A stretch of 64,000 nucleotides of DNA from Paramoeba atlantica. Taxonomy: Eukaryota; Protista; Discosea. Both the position numbers and the translations under genes were made by a program. The stretch is from the NCBI GenBank assembly GCA_977017575.1, contig CDRNVI010000100.1, positions 1 to 64,000 of the forward strand, read 5' to 3'. The notes under the pieces were generated by a model, which made no database searches, had not been told where the DNA came from, and saw nothing but the letters and a program-made list of their open reading frames with translations. Each line of letters opens with the position of its first letter. Position 1 is the stretch's first letter. Shown here in pieces: positions 20,400 to 32,261 of this stretch.

Positions 20400-21023
20400 T
20401 TCATCAGCCCGTCGCTCCGGAAATGTGGACCCTTTGCGGTACAATTTTGACGAGTGCCGCCCTGAATGGCTTCGTAGACACAGTGAAACCAGGGCCTGGG
20501 TGGGGTTTGGGTTCTAGTGGACTTTTAGACTTCCACGTAGACAGAATTTCACGGACAGTCTTTCTGTCCCTGCCAAAATGTTTAGCTAAAGTATGAATCG
20601 AATTTCCTTTTTTATAATGGCGGACAATTTCAAGGCGCTCTGGGAATGCAGGTAATAGGGGGGTCTTACAGGTAATAGGGGGTGTCTTGTTCTTCGGCGA
20701 GTTGGAGTACTGCTCTTTAGTAGATTTAACGGGGGTATCCCTCAAATTTATAGAATTAGAAACCATATTTGAATAAAAAACTCCCAAATTTTTGAAATAT
20801 TGGGATTGTTTGTAAAATTATGCTATTTTTTCGTGTTCTTTTTCTAAATAGCCAGGCAACGCTAGGATAGGGGGGATAGTATTTTAGACCCAGGGGGGGT
20901 GATGGGCAAACGAACGGCCGGAAACGCTCTAGTTTTTCGAGATCTGTTGAATGCCGAAGGAATTAGGTCAAAAGCTCTTATGGTGTGCTCAGGAGCCTGG
21001 GGGGGAAACCAGTACCTGGTCTG
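20400..21023 (-). mobile_element. 5' fragment of Tc1-like element (left TIR plus paired-like HTH)
   Basis: TA-CAGACCAGGTACTGG terminus at 21023; ORF ERLEIVRHYKKGNSIHTLAKHFGRDRKTVREIL; same family as 21978-22762. Confidence 0.75.
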
Positions 21024-21786
21024 TAGAATGGTATGATCTCGAAATCACAGAATACCAAAATTCCTCGTTTAAGCCACATGTACACTTTTACCAGTTGTAG
21101 GAAGGAAAACAGTGTCCCTGTATTAATAATCTATATGCCCAAATTATCACGGCCGAGTTTAAGGTTCACCGAATTGCATTCCTTAGTTATTCGAAAAAAA
21201 TGGTAGCCACAAAAAAGGGAGGTACAATTAGTTATTCTTTTTTTTTCCTTTTATGTCACTGCAATATCGATAAAACCCATCCTCCCTACACACGGTTCAG
21301 CCGCGCGCCACCACGAATGCACACCACATCACTTCGGAGGATTCGGAACACAAGACCCAGAGAAAGAAAATAGAAAGGGAAAGGGAAAAAATTAAGTTCC
21401 TATGATTTAATGACATACCTTCCGCGTGTAAGTGTGTACGTACACGTGTAAGTTAGCCACTTACACACTTTTCTTGTAACACTGTTTTTGTTGATGGGAA
21501 AGCGATCTCGTGTAAACAGGCGCGGAAACACATTCAGTTTAGTTCAATGTAAGGATATAAAGTTCATGTGAAAGGTTTTTAGTCTACACAACTCGCACTT
21601 TCTTTTGGGTTAGATCCTGCAAAAAAACCCGCATGGTGAGGCACACGTACAAATTGACTGAAAAGAAAAGTCATCCCTCTCGGGGAGTAGTACCCCGAAC
21701 GTGTTCCTTCTGGATCTCCCGAATTTCGCTAAGTCTTTGCCGTTGGAGATGCACTGGGTGCGGGTGGGTGCGGCTGGGGATGTTTC

Positions 21787-21973
21787 AACCCTCTAAAGTG
21801 GACAAGGGAGATACTAAAGGCACCTTTGGAAAACCACCACAAAACTGGAACCCTCCCGGTTTGTAGAGCATTCTGATGTAACGAAAGGATCTTTAACGGG
21901 AGATATCGTTCCAGTTTTGTGGTGGTTTTCCAAAAGTGCCTTTAGTATCTCCCTCGTCCACTTTAGCCTGGGT
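21787..21973. mobile_element. Roughly 187-bp fold-back MITE
   Basis: Arms of about 65 bp (AAAGTGGACAAGGGAGATACTAAAGGCAC...) in inverted orientation; related to 40005-40186. Confidence 0.75.
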
Positions 21974-21977
21974 AATA

Positions 21978-22762
21978 CAGTCCAGGTACTGGTTTCCCCC
22001 CCCCCCCCAGGCTCCAGAACACACCGTAAGAGATTTTGACCTAATTCCTTCGGCATTCAACAGATCTCGAAAGACTAGAGCGTTTCCCGCCGTTTGTTTG
22101 CCTATCAGCCCTCCTGGGTCAAAAATATTTAGGAAAAACACGAAAAAATAGCATAATTTTACTAAAAAATCCCAATATTTCAAAAATTTGGGAGTTTTTC
22201 ATTCAAATATGGTTTCTCATTCTATGAATTTGAGGGATACTCCCATCAAATCTACTCAAGACCAGTACTAAAGGCCAGTACAACTCGCCGAAAAGCAAGA
22301 TACCCCCTATTACCCATAAAACGTCACGAAATGCACTCCCAGAGCGCCTTGACCGAATTCTAAAAGAAAATTTGAAACCAGGGACTGAAAAACAGCTCCG
22401 GAAGGCGATAAAGAAAGCCTTTTGTGATGCTTAAGCGTCATTCTTATCGACGCCAATTCTTAATTTGTATAAATTCAGTTCCTAAACGCTTGCGAATTGT
22501 GCGGAGCATTCAAGGAGACCAATGTAGGTATTAATATATAGGAATCTATACACATTTTTTTCATTTTTTACCCCCCCTCGAATTTTTTTTTTTTGAAATT
22601 TGCCAACTTTCACCACGCCCACCTAGGACCCAGGGGGGGTGATGGGCAAAGCAACTGTGGGAAACGCTCTAGCTTTTCGAGATCTGTTGAATGCCGAAGG
22701 AATTAGGTCAAAAGCTCTTACGGCGCGCTCTGGAGCCTGGGGGGGAACCAATACCTGGACTG
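21978..22762 (+). mobile_element. Internally deleted Tc1-like element with roughly 130-bp TIRs
   Basis: TA-CAGTCCAGGTA...TACCTGGACTG-TA; retains transposase C-terminus INSVPKRLRIV near 22470-22530. Confidence 0.85.
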
Positions 22763-22929
22763 TATGCCGAAGAATAACTTTATGGTCGAATAGCGCCTAT
22801 CGGGAGCACAGACCGTGAGAACATCGTTTTGGAAGTAACTTCTCATTGCCCTCGTGATTGTAACCATTTTATATACATCAGTCAGCCCATATTCTGTAAC
22901 GATTTAAACTTTTGTACATATCAAAAAAA

Positions 22930-23110
22930 GTAGTAAGTCATAGTAATTACTGAGGACTACTTCTTCCTTAGTAATTAGGAAACTTAGGAAGGTTCTTCCT
23001 TAGTACTACTTCTACCTTAGTAGTTCTTCCTTAGTACTACTTCTTCCTTAGTAATTAGGAAACTAGAGAACTACTACTTCCTTAGTAATTACTGAAAGCT
23101 TGCGTAAGTA
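22930..23110. repeat. Degenerate low-complexity repeat (CTTCCTTAGTA / TAGTAATTAC)
   Basis: CTTCCTTAGTA recurs about five times. Confidence 0.75.
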
Positions 23111-24076
23111 ATTCATAAACGGGTGGGTACAATAAGATAATAGGGATACATACGTATTTTCTATAAATTGTCTAGTATCCATTTTGTACTGTTCATATCC
23201 AGATAAAAAATTTCATATCCAGATAAAAAGGGGCGGGTGCGGACGGCCCTTTCGTTAGTTAGTAATTAGTTATTCGGAGACCAAATCAAAATTGAGAAGA
23301 AAGTTATAAATTTAGACATTAAAAGCTGAAGCGGGAAGTCATGTGAAATTGAATTCGAGCAAGTCATCTATATACTATATATCTTTCATTTCATGGATCA
23401 CGCACGAGCCTGTGCCCCCGAATGTCAATTATATAGTAATTACTAGCCGATTAGTAGTAAATTAGTAATTGCTAGTTTACTACTGTAGTTAGGGTATGCC
23501 TAGGGTGATATGTATGAATTTTTTGGATTACTTAGTCAATTTTTTTCTTAAGATTACGGCTAGTATTGCCTTTCTATGGTTTCAATGAACTGCAGAGGTT
23601 GCCCCCGTTTTGAGTGTGCTGCTCAAATTCGCTTGACTTCAGTCGGCTCTGCCACAGAGGAAACGTGTACGCTGTGGATGCTAAGCCACAAACTCACTGT
23701 TAACCAAGTGTATTATGCGCATTATGTTCCGCAGTAAGAAGCATTTTTCTTGTTAGATAATGATCGAAGGGAAAATATCGTCTTTTTAAAAATTCTGAAA
23801 ACTGAATTCAAAATTTTGTACATTATTCGTTCAATCCGACCTTATCTTCTTTATCCCTTACAACTTTCAGTTCCTTGAGAATGGAAGATAAATCTTCAGA
23901 GGAAAGAGTCTCATCCTGAAGAACAGAACTGACACGATGTACCTGATTTCGACGAATAAAAATCCTTCCTTCACGATTGCGAAGGCGGTTTTCTATCGCA
24001 GAAACCAGGTGCTTTTACGCTTTGTGAGTCTTTTCCAAAAGTCGTCCAAACTGTCTTCGATAAGAGCTTGATGTTA

Positions 24077-25023
24077 CAGGGGTGAACAGAAATCTTGCCC
24101 CCCCCCCCGTTTTTTTATCCGTTTTTGCTCATCTTTGCAGCATTGGAGAGATCTCGCTTTCCTAGCGAAGGGCTTTGCCGCCTTTTTTTCGTAGGGACCC
24201 CCTGGGACCCCCTAGGTCTAAAAAACATGGTTTTTTGATACCGTTTTTCTGGAGCGCACCCATTTTTTTTACATTTTTTTATGTTTTATAAAATTATGCC
24301 CTTCGCATTTTAGCTCGTTTTAATCGCGTTTGATGAATCTAATTCTCATAGCGAATAGTCTTGCTGCATTTCTTTCTTAATGGCTCCTTAGAGCTCTCAT
24401 GGGATAAAAACATGATTTTTAGCAATTTTTTTTCCTCACGTACATTTTTCCCTTTTGTGAAACTATGAAAACAAGATGTACAAACCCTAAACCCGGTGAG
24501 TATGTTGAGGCATGGAGCGACAAAAGAGAGGACACCCCCCCGATATCACATAAAAGCACTTTTTCTGTACCCCTTTCTGAACAACATTGTGTGGAACAAA
24601 TTTAAGCCACACAACCACGAAACACTCATAGAGGCCGTAAAAAAGGCGTTCAATGCCATAAAAAGATCCTCAGAAAAGCAAAAAGTAATGAATACAATCA
24701 ACTCAGTTCCCAAAAGACTCCGAATAGTATTAGAAAATGACGGCGGACATTCTGGGTACTAATCTATAAAGTTTATATCACGTATTAGTTCTTACTGATC
24801 GGCATCCGCATTTTTCCATGTAATTTTCAAAATTTGAGTTTTCTAAAATCTTGTTTTTGGTCGATTTTCGGGTCGCCGTATGAGCACCAGGGGGTCCCTA
24901 CGAAAAAAAGGCAGCAAAGCCCTTCGCTAGGAAAGCGAGATCTCTCCAATGCTGCAAAGATGAGCAAAAAAGGATAAAAAAATCAAATTTCCAAGGGGGG
25001 GGCAAGATTTCTGTTCACCCCTG
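24077..25023 (+). mobile_element. 947-bp non-autonomous Tc1-like element with roughly 140-bp TIRs
   Basis: TA-CAGGGGTGAACAGAAATCTTGCCCC at both ends; internal remnant ...INSVPKRLRIVLENDGGHSGY* (24496-24762). Confidence 0.9.
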
Positions 25024-25270
25024 TATCATCGTGCAATGAGCGGTTCATCCAACGAGCCACAGCTTCGGCTGAGCGAATGAACGTCTTGCTGGGTTCAGTA
25101 GTCTTACATTGACGAATAATACATAAAATATTCGCCGCATACGTAAAACACAGTGGCGTACTTTACGCCCGTATACAGAAGAAAATATTATAAACTTATT
25201 AGGAATTAAAATATTAAGAAAAACACCGATTTAGCTTTGTTTCTACTCTTACAACACACCGTCTCTCCCC

Positions 25271-25867
25271 ATGATCGTTTCCCCACCACTCCTACATTTC
25301 TCCGATGCCCCGCAGCCCCCGCTCAAGTCATCCAAAACACGCAACGTGGAACTCCCAGACGAATACAATCTTGTGCGTTTTATTGCCAACATCACCAACC
25401 CCCACGCCTCATGGACCACACACAACAAGCAGTGGGATGGCGCGGAACGCGACCTAAAAGGTGCAACCCGAGTCATTGATTGGTTCAGCCGCGGCCTTAG
25501 TGGCACTCTCCAGTGGGAATATCTACCGCGCTCCCTCAAGGAGTTAAATTTTTACGACAACAAGCTATATGGGAGTGTGGATTTGGTCGACCTCCCCCCA
25601 GGGCTCGTGGTGCTGGATCTGTCCTATAACCGATTCTCCGGGTCGCTGGAGTTAACAAAATTGCCGGAGACCATGGAGGAGCTAATCCTGTCCGAGAATC
25701 AATTTGCAGGATGGGTGGATCTAACCCGTCTGCCGCGGCGTCTAAGTACGTTTGCGGTGCGGAATAACGCGGAACTGACGGGGAAACTGGAGCCGGAAAA
25801 GCTGCCGCGGGATATGTCCTACCGGGCGCTGTGGGATACGAAAATTTTAGTCTGTGATCTAGATTAA
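25271..25867 (+). CDS. Short leucine-rich repeat protein
   Basis: 198 aa; cap TRNVELPDEYNLVRFI...WDG; repeats LDLSYNRFSGSLELTKLP. Confidence 0.85.
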   Translation: MIVSPPLLHFSDAPQPPLKSSKTRNVELPDEYNLVRFIANITNPHASWTTHNKQWDGAERDLKGATRVIDWFSRGLSGTLQWEYLPRSLKELNFYDNKLYGSVDLVDLPPGLVVLDLSYNRFSGSLELTKLPETMEELILSENQFAGWVDLTRLPRRLSTFAVRNNAELTGKLEPEKLPRDMSYRALWDTKILVCDLD

Positions 25868-25980
25868 GTATGACAGGAAATGTGAGAATGCAAGTGACGG
25901 AATTTCGTGCACTTACAAATGTGTATCATGTACTGTGACACTCCCCCTTGTACTTCGTTGAAAAAAACTGCTTTCACCTA

Positions 25981-26945
25981 AACCGGGGGTCAGTCTAATA
26001 TTAAGATTGAAAACGCTAATAAACCCCGCGTCATCAATAAGCGAATCGCAGGGTTGTCATAATCACTCGCTTGGGTAATACTGAAATTTTGTTTGAGAAG
26101 CCACCATGAAAAAAATTCAAGTTTTTTTCGGGGGAAAAAAGTCCCCTTTCACCGAAATTTGTTACAGTAAAAGGATATAATCATTTTACATGATCTGGTG
26201 CACCGTTTCACAAGCCTTCTTGATGCCACGTGTTAATTCAGAATAGTTTTGCAACTGATTTTTGTTGCTAATATGAATACGGGAGTTTGGAAATCTGCCT
26301 TTAATCCATTTGTTCAACACTTGTATGGATCCATACTTGCGTTGTATCTCTACACTCCAGCTATCCCACACACGTGAGATCGCCCGCTTGATTTTGGCCG
26401 TAGATTCCACTCGAACGCGAACACCATTATCTTTTGCTTGCTTTTCGTAAGGGCAAATTTTAGTTCTATCCACATTTTTTGAAAGTTCACCTGAATCCTC
26501 TGAATCTCTGTCATTCGATTTTTCATCCGATTCTTCGGAGCTTTCAGAACCATTATCTTCTTCGGACTCGGCACTGTCACTCGGCCGACTTTCAGAGTCA
26601 CAGTTTTCAGATTTATAAAGCAGAGAATCGCTCAAGTCGGAGGGTTGCATACACCTTCGTCATCCTTAAGAGAGCAAACCTCAACATAATCTTCGACGAC
26701 TCTGTAACATTCGTTGATTACTTCTCCGTGGCTACGCAGCGATAGTGCCGTTAATTGTGAAGCAATAAGGTCCACCAAAAAAATCAGAAAAATTAAAGAA
26801 CCAAAGAAAATCCTTAAAAAAATCAAATCTTAATATTGAAGTGAATCTTAATATTAAAGTGTCATTTTAATATTAAAGTGCCAATCTTAATATTAAAGTA
26901 GATCTTAATATTAAACTAACCTTAGTATTGAACTGACTCCCGGTT
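25981..26945. mobile_element. 965-bp TIR element with TA flanks and subterminal TTAATATTAA repeats
   Basis: TA-AACCGGGGGTCAGTCTAATATTAAG versus CTTAGTATTGAACTGACTCCCGGTT-TA; five TTAATATT(A/G)AA copies at 26827-26915; acidic remnant ORF 26186-26650. Confidence 0.8.
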
Positions 26946-27065
26946 TACATGTTCTGTAGTAAATATTTTTTTCAGTCTTTCATACAAAAAATTTGATAGG
27001 AAGTGCCAAGCGAATATTATGTTTCTTTGGCAGGCTTTTCCTTTTTTTCTTCTTTGTGAATATTA

Positions 27066-28745
27066 ATGCCTGAAGTTCCCCAAAATGAGCCAGTTGAGGT
27101 TTCCTCTATGTGCCCTGCTTGCGAAGGAAGTGGCATGACACGAATGCTTCTCACAACTATCCCACATTTTCGCGACGTTTTACTTTCGAGCTTTAGTTGC
27201 GACGACACAAAAGAATGTGGACATACGAACCGAGAAGTACAGTTCGTGGGGACGTTTCCCCCAGAAGGCATAGAAATTACACTGTTGTGTAAAACTCGAA
27301 ACGATCTCAACCGTCAAGTGGTGACATCTCCTCATGCAGAACTTAGAATTCCTGAACTGCAATTAGAGATTCCCCCAAGTTCAAGCATGCGTGGTTCCAT
27401 TCGTACAGTGGAGGGTGTCCTGAAGCAAATTTACAGCGACGTAAAGGAGAGCACGGACCAGCGAACGGATATTGGAGACGAGGAGAAGGTCGCCCTGTGT
27501 GCTTTTCTTGCTCGTGTCGAAGAGTTCATGAACCTCCGGGACGAAACACCTAACCCTTTTACTTTGCTCATAAACGACCCCAGCGGAAATAGCAACATCG
27601 AGGCCATCTACCATACCGGAAATCTAGACCCTCAACTCTCGGAGCGGCACTTTTTCCGTACCCCTGTCCAACGTGAGGCCTTAGGACTGGCCTCCGAACC
27701 CCCTGAACCTGAATACATGGCCTCCGAGTCAACCCCTCCCCCCAAAGACACAACCCCCCAACCAAACAATAAAACGCCTTCCTCATCACCCCCTTCCTCA
27801 TCACCCCCTCATCCCTCTGAGATATCCAACCCCCCACCCATCTCCACAATCCCAACAACCAACCCCACCACCACCCGTACCCCTTCCCAAAACCAATACA
27901 TCAACGCGGGCCAACTCCCCCCCACGACCTCCACCACCCACCCATCCCCTACCACCACCTACCCACCCCCCACTCCCACTCCCACTCCCACTCCCACTAC
28001 TACTACTACTACCGCCACCACCACCAACCACGAACTCCCTACTCCCTCCACTCCCCCCACCCCTCCCCCCGACCCCCCCTCGGTCTACACCCTCTCCGAG
28101 TCCTGCCCCTCCTGCGCCTCCCTCGGCGCCTGCACCATCCACCCCCTTGCCATCCCCCACTTCGGCGACGCCCTCCTCCTCGGGTACGCCTGCCCCCACT
28201 GCGGCTACCGCAGCACGGAGGTCAAGCGCGGCGGGGGGATCGCCCCGCACAAGACCCGGCTCACCCTCACCGTGCGGTCCCCCGCGGACCTGAACCGGGA
28301 CGTGCTGCAGAGCGAGACCGCCCTGGTGCGGGTCCCGGGGCTGGGGCTCGAGATGCACCCCGGCGGGGGGTGGCGCTCGGGGTGCTTCACCACGCTCGAG
28401 GGGCTGCTGACCCGGATGGGGGAGACCCTCCGGGGGACCGCGGCCGCGTTCGTGGCCGGGGACAGTGGGGAGGCGGAGAGGGGGCGGCGGTGGGAGGGGC
28501 TGATGGGGGGGCTGCGGGGGCTGGCGAGCGGGGAGGGGCCGTACCCGTTTCAGGTGGTGCTGGAGGACCCCTCGGGGAATATTTACGTGCAACGGAGGGG
28601 GAGGGAGGGGGTGGAGGTGGGGGAGAATGGGGATGAGCAGTTGGTGGAGGAGAGGATGGTGAGGACGAGGGAGGAGGATGAGGAGTTGGGGATTTTGGAT
28701 ATGAAGACGGAGGGGTATGAGGAGGAGGAGGAGGGGAAGGTGTGA
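27066..28745 (+). CDS. ZPR1: Zinc finger protein ZPR1
   Basis: Two C4 finger plus A/B domain modules (CPAC...IPHFRDV...CGHTNREVQ; CPSC...IPHFGD...CPHCGYRSTEVK), DPSGN motifs. Confidence 0.93.
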   Translation: MPEVPQNEPVEVSSMCPACEGSGMTRMLLTTIPHFRDVLLSSFSCDDTKECGHTNREVQFVGTFPPEGIEITLLCKTRNDLNRQVVTSPHAELRIPELQLEIPPSSSMRGSIRTVEGVLKQIYSDVKESTDQRTDIGDEEKVALCAFLARVEEFMNLRDETPNPFTLLINDPSGNSNIEAIYHTGNLDPQLSERHFFRTPVQREALGLASEPPEPEYMASESTPPPKDTTPQPNNKTPSSSPPSSSPPHPSEISNPPPISTIPTTNPTTTRTPSQNQYINAGQLPPTTSTTHPSPTTTYPPPTPTPTPTPTTTTTTATTTNHELPTPSTPPTPPPDPPSVYTLSESCPSCASLGACTIHPLAIPHFGDALLLGYACPHCGYRSTEVKRGGGIAPHKTRLTLTVRSPADLNRDVLQSETALVRVPGLGLEMHPGGGWRSGCFTTLEGLLTRMGETLRGTAAAFVAGDSGEAERGRRWEGLMGGLRGLASGEGPYPFQVVLEDPSGNIYVQRRGREGVEVGENGDEQLVEERMVRTREEDEELGILDMKTEGYEEEEEGKV

Positions 28746-28910
28746 GGGGTGGAAACTGGCTTAGTGAAGAAAGAAGAATTTGAAAAAAAAAGTGTTTCAA
28801 AAAAGATGATTTCGGAGTGGGCGTGTATGTTGTTTAGGTAGTGGAAGGGAAGCGCATACTATTGACTTTGTATTACATGCTTTACCGTATTTTTGTCACA
28901 CCTTTTCTTT

Positions 28911-29582
28911 ATGAATTTGCAGGAACTTGGTGCGGCACTACTCCCGCCTGCGAAAGAAGAAATAGATTCTTACCCAACATCGACTTCAGAGGCTGCTACA
29001 ACAACTTTACCTGATGTTACAGTATCGGATTTTCCCTCACATGCGGAACCAATTGAAGTGGAATATTGTCCAAGTTGTACACTTCCCTTTGAGTATTGCG
29101 AATATGGAGGCGTTTGGGCTTCCTGTAAGCCCCATCTGATTAAAAAAGGAATTGATGTAACCGATCGAAAAGATCGTTCTCGTAAAAAACGTGGCGCAAA
29201 GGTGCTACCGGAAAATACCGAAGAGAATGAGGAAACTGCAAAGGATGATTCAAAAGGAAAATCTTCTCATAAGAAGACTCCCTTACCCAAAATTACTATT
29301 TCTGTGCTACGAAGAAGCCGCAACAAATATGTTACGGTTCTCAAAGGACTCTTATCGTTTCCTGAAATCTCTTTAAAATCCTTTAGCAGTGATATGAAAA
29401 AACATTTCTGCTGCGGTAGTACAGTGTCAGCCGAAGGATTTGTTGAGATTCAAGGGAATGTAGCATCTCAGTTGTTTGAACTGTTGCCCCGTCGGTACGG
29501 GCCAAAGCACAATATTTCACGCACATCTCTCAGCGTGGGAAAAGTTGAGGTGGAGGGAGGAATTGTGATTCCTGAAGAATAG
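28911..29582 (+). CDS. DENR: Density-regulated protein (Tma22), SUI1 domain
   Basis: VEYCPSCTLPFEYCEYG zinc motif; C-terminal RRSRNKYVTV...FCCGSTV...VEIQGN SUI1 domain. Confidence 0.9.
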   Translation: MNLQELGAALLPPAKEEIDSYPTSTSEAATTTLPDVTVSDFPSHAEPIEVEYCPSCTLPFEYCEYGGVWASCKPHLIKKGIDVTDRKDRSRKKRGAKVLPENTEENEETAKDDSKGKSSHKKTPLPKITISVLRRSRNKYVTVLKGLLSFPEISLKSFSSDMKKHFCCGSTVSAEGFVEIQGNVASQLFELLPRRYGPKHNISRTSLSVGKVEVEGGIVIPEE

Positions 29583-29872
29583 CAACAAGGCGTGGTACGA
29601 ACGCTTCCCCCCAACGGAGAGAGCCCTTTCCACGAGATTTACTTTCACAAATTCTCACATTCGACATTTTTGACAAACTTTCACACTTTCCACAATTGAT
29701 TGAACTTTAAAGAGACTGGATCGACGAGTTGTGCTTGTTTTGTTCTTCAAAATATACTCGTATATAGTTTTTCATTTTTACTGGAGAAAAACTTTAAAAA
29801 CACAACATCTTGTTTCAAAATTTACCCTTTTCCAATACTAACCATTCCATTTTCTCTCTCTCTCTCCTTCCA

Positions 29873-30397
29873 ATGACCAACCCCCACGTCTTTTTCGACA
29901 TCTCCATCGGCGGCACCGCGGCCGGGCGTCTCGAGTTCGAACTCTACGCCGACGCCGTCCCGAAGACCGCAGAGAACTTCCGGGCCCTGTGCACCGGAGA
30001 GAAAGGATCCGGTCGCTCAGGCAAACCGCTGCATTTCAAAAACAGTGCCTTCCACCGCATCATCCCTGGATTTATGTGCCAAGGCGGGGACTTCACCGCG
30101 GGGAATGGCACCGGGGGAGAGTCCATCTATGGCGCGAAATTCGCCGATGAGAGCTTTGCCGGGAAAGCGGGCAAGCACACCGGGTTCGGGTGCCTCTCCA
30201 TGGCCAATGCCGGCCCCAACACGAACGGGTCGCAGTTTTTTATATGCACCGCCCCGACGGACTGGTTGAACGGGAAGCACGTGGTGTTTGGCCAGCTGAA
30301 GTCTGGGGAGGGACTGCTGAAGCAGATGGAGGCGGAGGGCTCGCAGAGCGGGTCGACACGACGCCCGGTAGTGATTGCGGGATGTGGGCAGGTGTGA
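29873..30397 (+). CDS. CYPA: Cyclophilin A peptidyl-prolyl isomerase
   Basis: [44 protein letters not shown]; FAGKAGKH insert typical of kinetoplastid CyPA. Confidence 0.96.
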   Translation: MTNPHVFFDISIGGTAAGRLEFELYADAVPKTAENFRALCTGEKGSGRSGKPLHFKNSAFHRIIPGFMCQGGDFTAGNGTGGESIYGAKFADESFAGKAGKHTGFGCLSMANAGPNTNGSQFFICTAPTDWLNGKHVVFGQLKSGEGLLKQMEAEGSQSGSTRRPVVIAGCGQV

Positions 30398-30923
30398 AAA
30401 AAGGGATGAAGAAATGACGTGAAGGGAAAAAAGAAGAGAGTAAATAAATGTTTCTTTAAGTGTAAAAAAGTATTTTCTTTTTGTGCGGAGAAGAAAAAAG
30501 GAATAAAAAAGGAATAAAGTTTGCTGCCTTTAAACATTTCTTTTGTCAAATTTGATGCTCCGATTTTTTTTCGAAATGTTGTTTTGACGTAGGGTTTAGA
30601 CTTGTAAGTAATATTCAGTGATAAGGTGAGAGTAGTTTAGGCCGAGAAACTATAGAAGTAGGACTGGTATTTTGGCTATACAGATTGTGGCACATTTGAA
30701 AAACGACACGAACTTTGGCAGATAGATCATCGGCAGATTGACTAGTAAATAGCTAAGCTATAGTACATTGTGGCGCATTGACGAAGGAAACATTTGGTTC
30801 ATATATAAGTGAATGATCAGATTTTGGCTTCATAAAAGATATTCGAAATAGTTCAGAACTTTCCTATCTAAAAAAAGGCACGTTTTTTTATTAGTACGCT
30901 CCTTGTCTTTTTTTGATACTTAA

Positions 30924-31238
30924 TTGATGAAATTTAGAAATTACGTTCCCATTGACCCTTCTCTTGCGGACTTCGATTCCACCGAGGCGCAAACTGAAAG
31001 TGCTGAATCCCCAAATGAAGACAATGATCCCTACCGCCGTTTTTGTTCCTTTCTTGAAGACTTCTCGAAGGAAACTGCACAAGATTCTTTTTTGAAAGAC
31101 ATTCTTGACTTTGGTGCTTTTTCTTCCACAGAAAGAGCTTTGCTGGGGGAAATGCATCACATTACAGAGACTTTGAAAAGTAATGAAAATGTGAGTGGTG
31201 GAAATTCTACCACCACACTGAAGGATTCAAACGTTTGA
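30924..31238 (+). CDS. Possible divergent Cwf18/CCDC12-like splicing factor
   Basis: N-terminal MKFRNYVPIDPSL resembles the Cwf18 LxFRNYxPxD motif; remainder poorly conserved. Confidence 0.45.
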   Translation: MMKFRNYVPIDPSLADFDSTEAQTESAESPNEDNDPYRRFCSFLEDFSKETAQDSFLKDILDFGAFSSTERALLGEMHHITETLKSNENVSGGNSTTTLKDSNV

Positions 31239-31362
31239 AAACGTATTTGGTGAGTGAAATTTTTTATTGCGTTACTTTGAGATAGAAGGGATCAATTTTT
31301 TTTCCCTTCTTTGTGTTATTAACTAAAATCGTTATTTGATTCACGTTTTTACACCACAAGTC

Positions 31363-31950
31363 ATGAACACTGAAGACGCTCCCACACCTTTGAGTCGCGC
31401 TGGACGAACGAGAGGCTGCCAATTTCCGCAAGAATTTGACATCATGCAATTTATTAAGAACGTCTCATGTGTCCACAGTTCATGGACGAATGAGGTTCCT
31501 GTTTGCAGTTGGGATGGAGTTGCGTGTAATAGGGATGGTAAAATCTCAGATATCGATTGGTCCGAGCGACTTTTAAAAGGCCGTTTTCAATGGTTATATC
31601 TTCCTTCTTCCACTTTACAATTTTACGCCACAGGAAATTATCTATCTGGCAAGTTGCCTCTTGGCGCCCTGCCTCAGAATTTTCAAATTCTGAATATCGG
31701 TAAAAATGCCCATTTTGGGGAGCTTGACTTTACCCAACTTCCACCTTTAATGGATACCCTCTTTCTTTTTGAGAATTTTTTCACGGGTGTGGTTGATTTT
31801 TCAAAGCTTCCCTCTACACTCCGATTTCTTAATGTGAACGAGAATTCTGGACTTGAAGGAGTATTGAACCTATCAGAAATAGGAGATGATCTTTGCCTCT
31901 CAATAAAAGGAACACAGATTCGAATTGTCGTACCGGATTCTGAACAGTAG
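31363..31950 (+). CDS. Short leucine-rich repeat protein
   Basis: AGRTRGCQFPQEFDIMQFI...CSWDGVAC cap; LRR repeats. Confidence 0.85.
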   Translation: MNTEDAPTPLSRAGRTRGCQFPQEFDIMQFIKNVSCVHSSWTNEVPVCSWDGVACNRDGKISDIDWSERLLKGRFQWLYLPSSTLQFYATGNYLSGKLPLGALPQNFQILNIGKNAHFGELDFTQLPPLMDTLFLFENFFTGVVDFSKLPSTLRFLNVNENSGLEGVLNLSEIGDDLCLSIKGTQIRIVVPDSEQ

Positions 31951-32261
31951 AAATTCTCCCCAAAAATTGCACATAAATTTTAGAGCAATAAAAACGACGC
32001 ATTGCGTTAATCGCTGCATTGTTCTTACTCGACCTCTATATAAAAAAGTCCTAAAAGAATAACTAGAACGAACGGTTTGCCATTTTGTTCTCTTCCTGCC
32101 AAATTCCCAATAAAGATTTTTTTTAGATTCCTTCCTTGAAGGATTAGAAAAAAATCATCTCCCATGCTCATTTTTATTGCTTGCGATGCAATAAAAAAGT
32201 ATCGAAACCGTTTTTTAAAACCTAGCTCAATCCATTTCTTCACATCTTTTCTCACATCACC

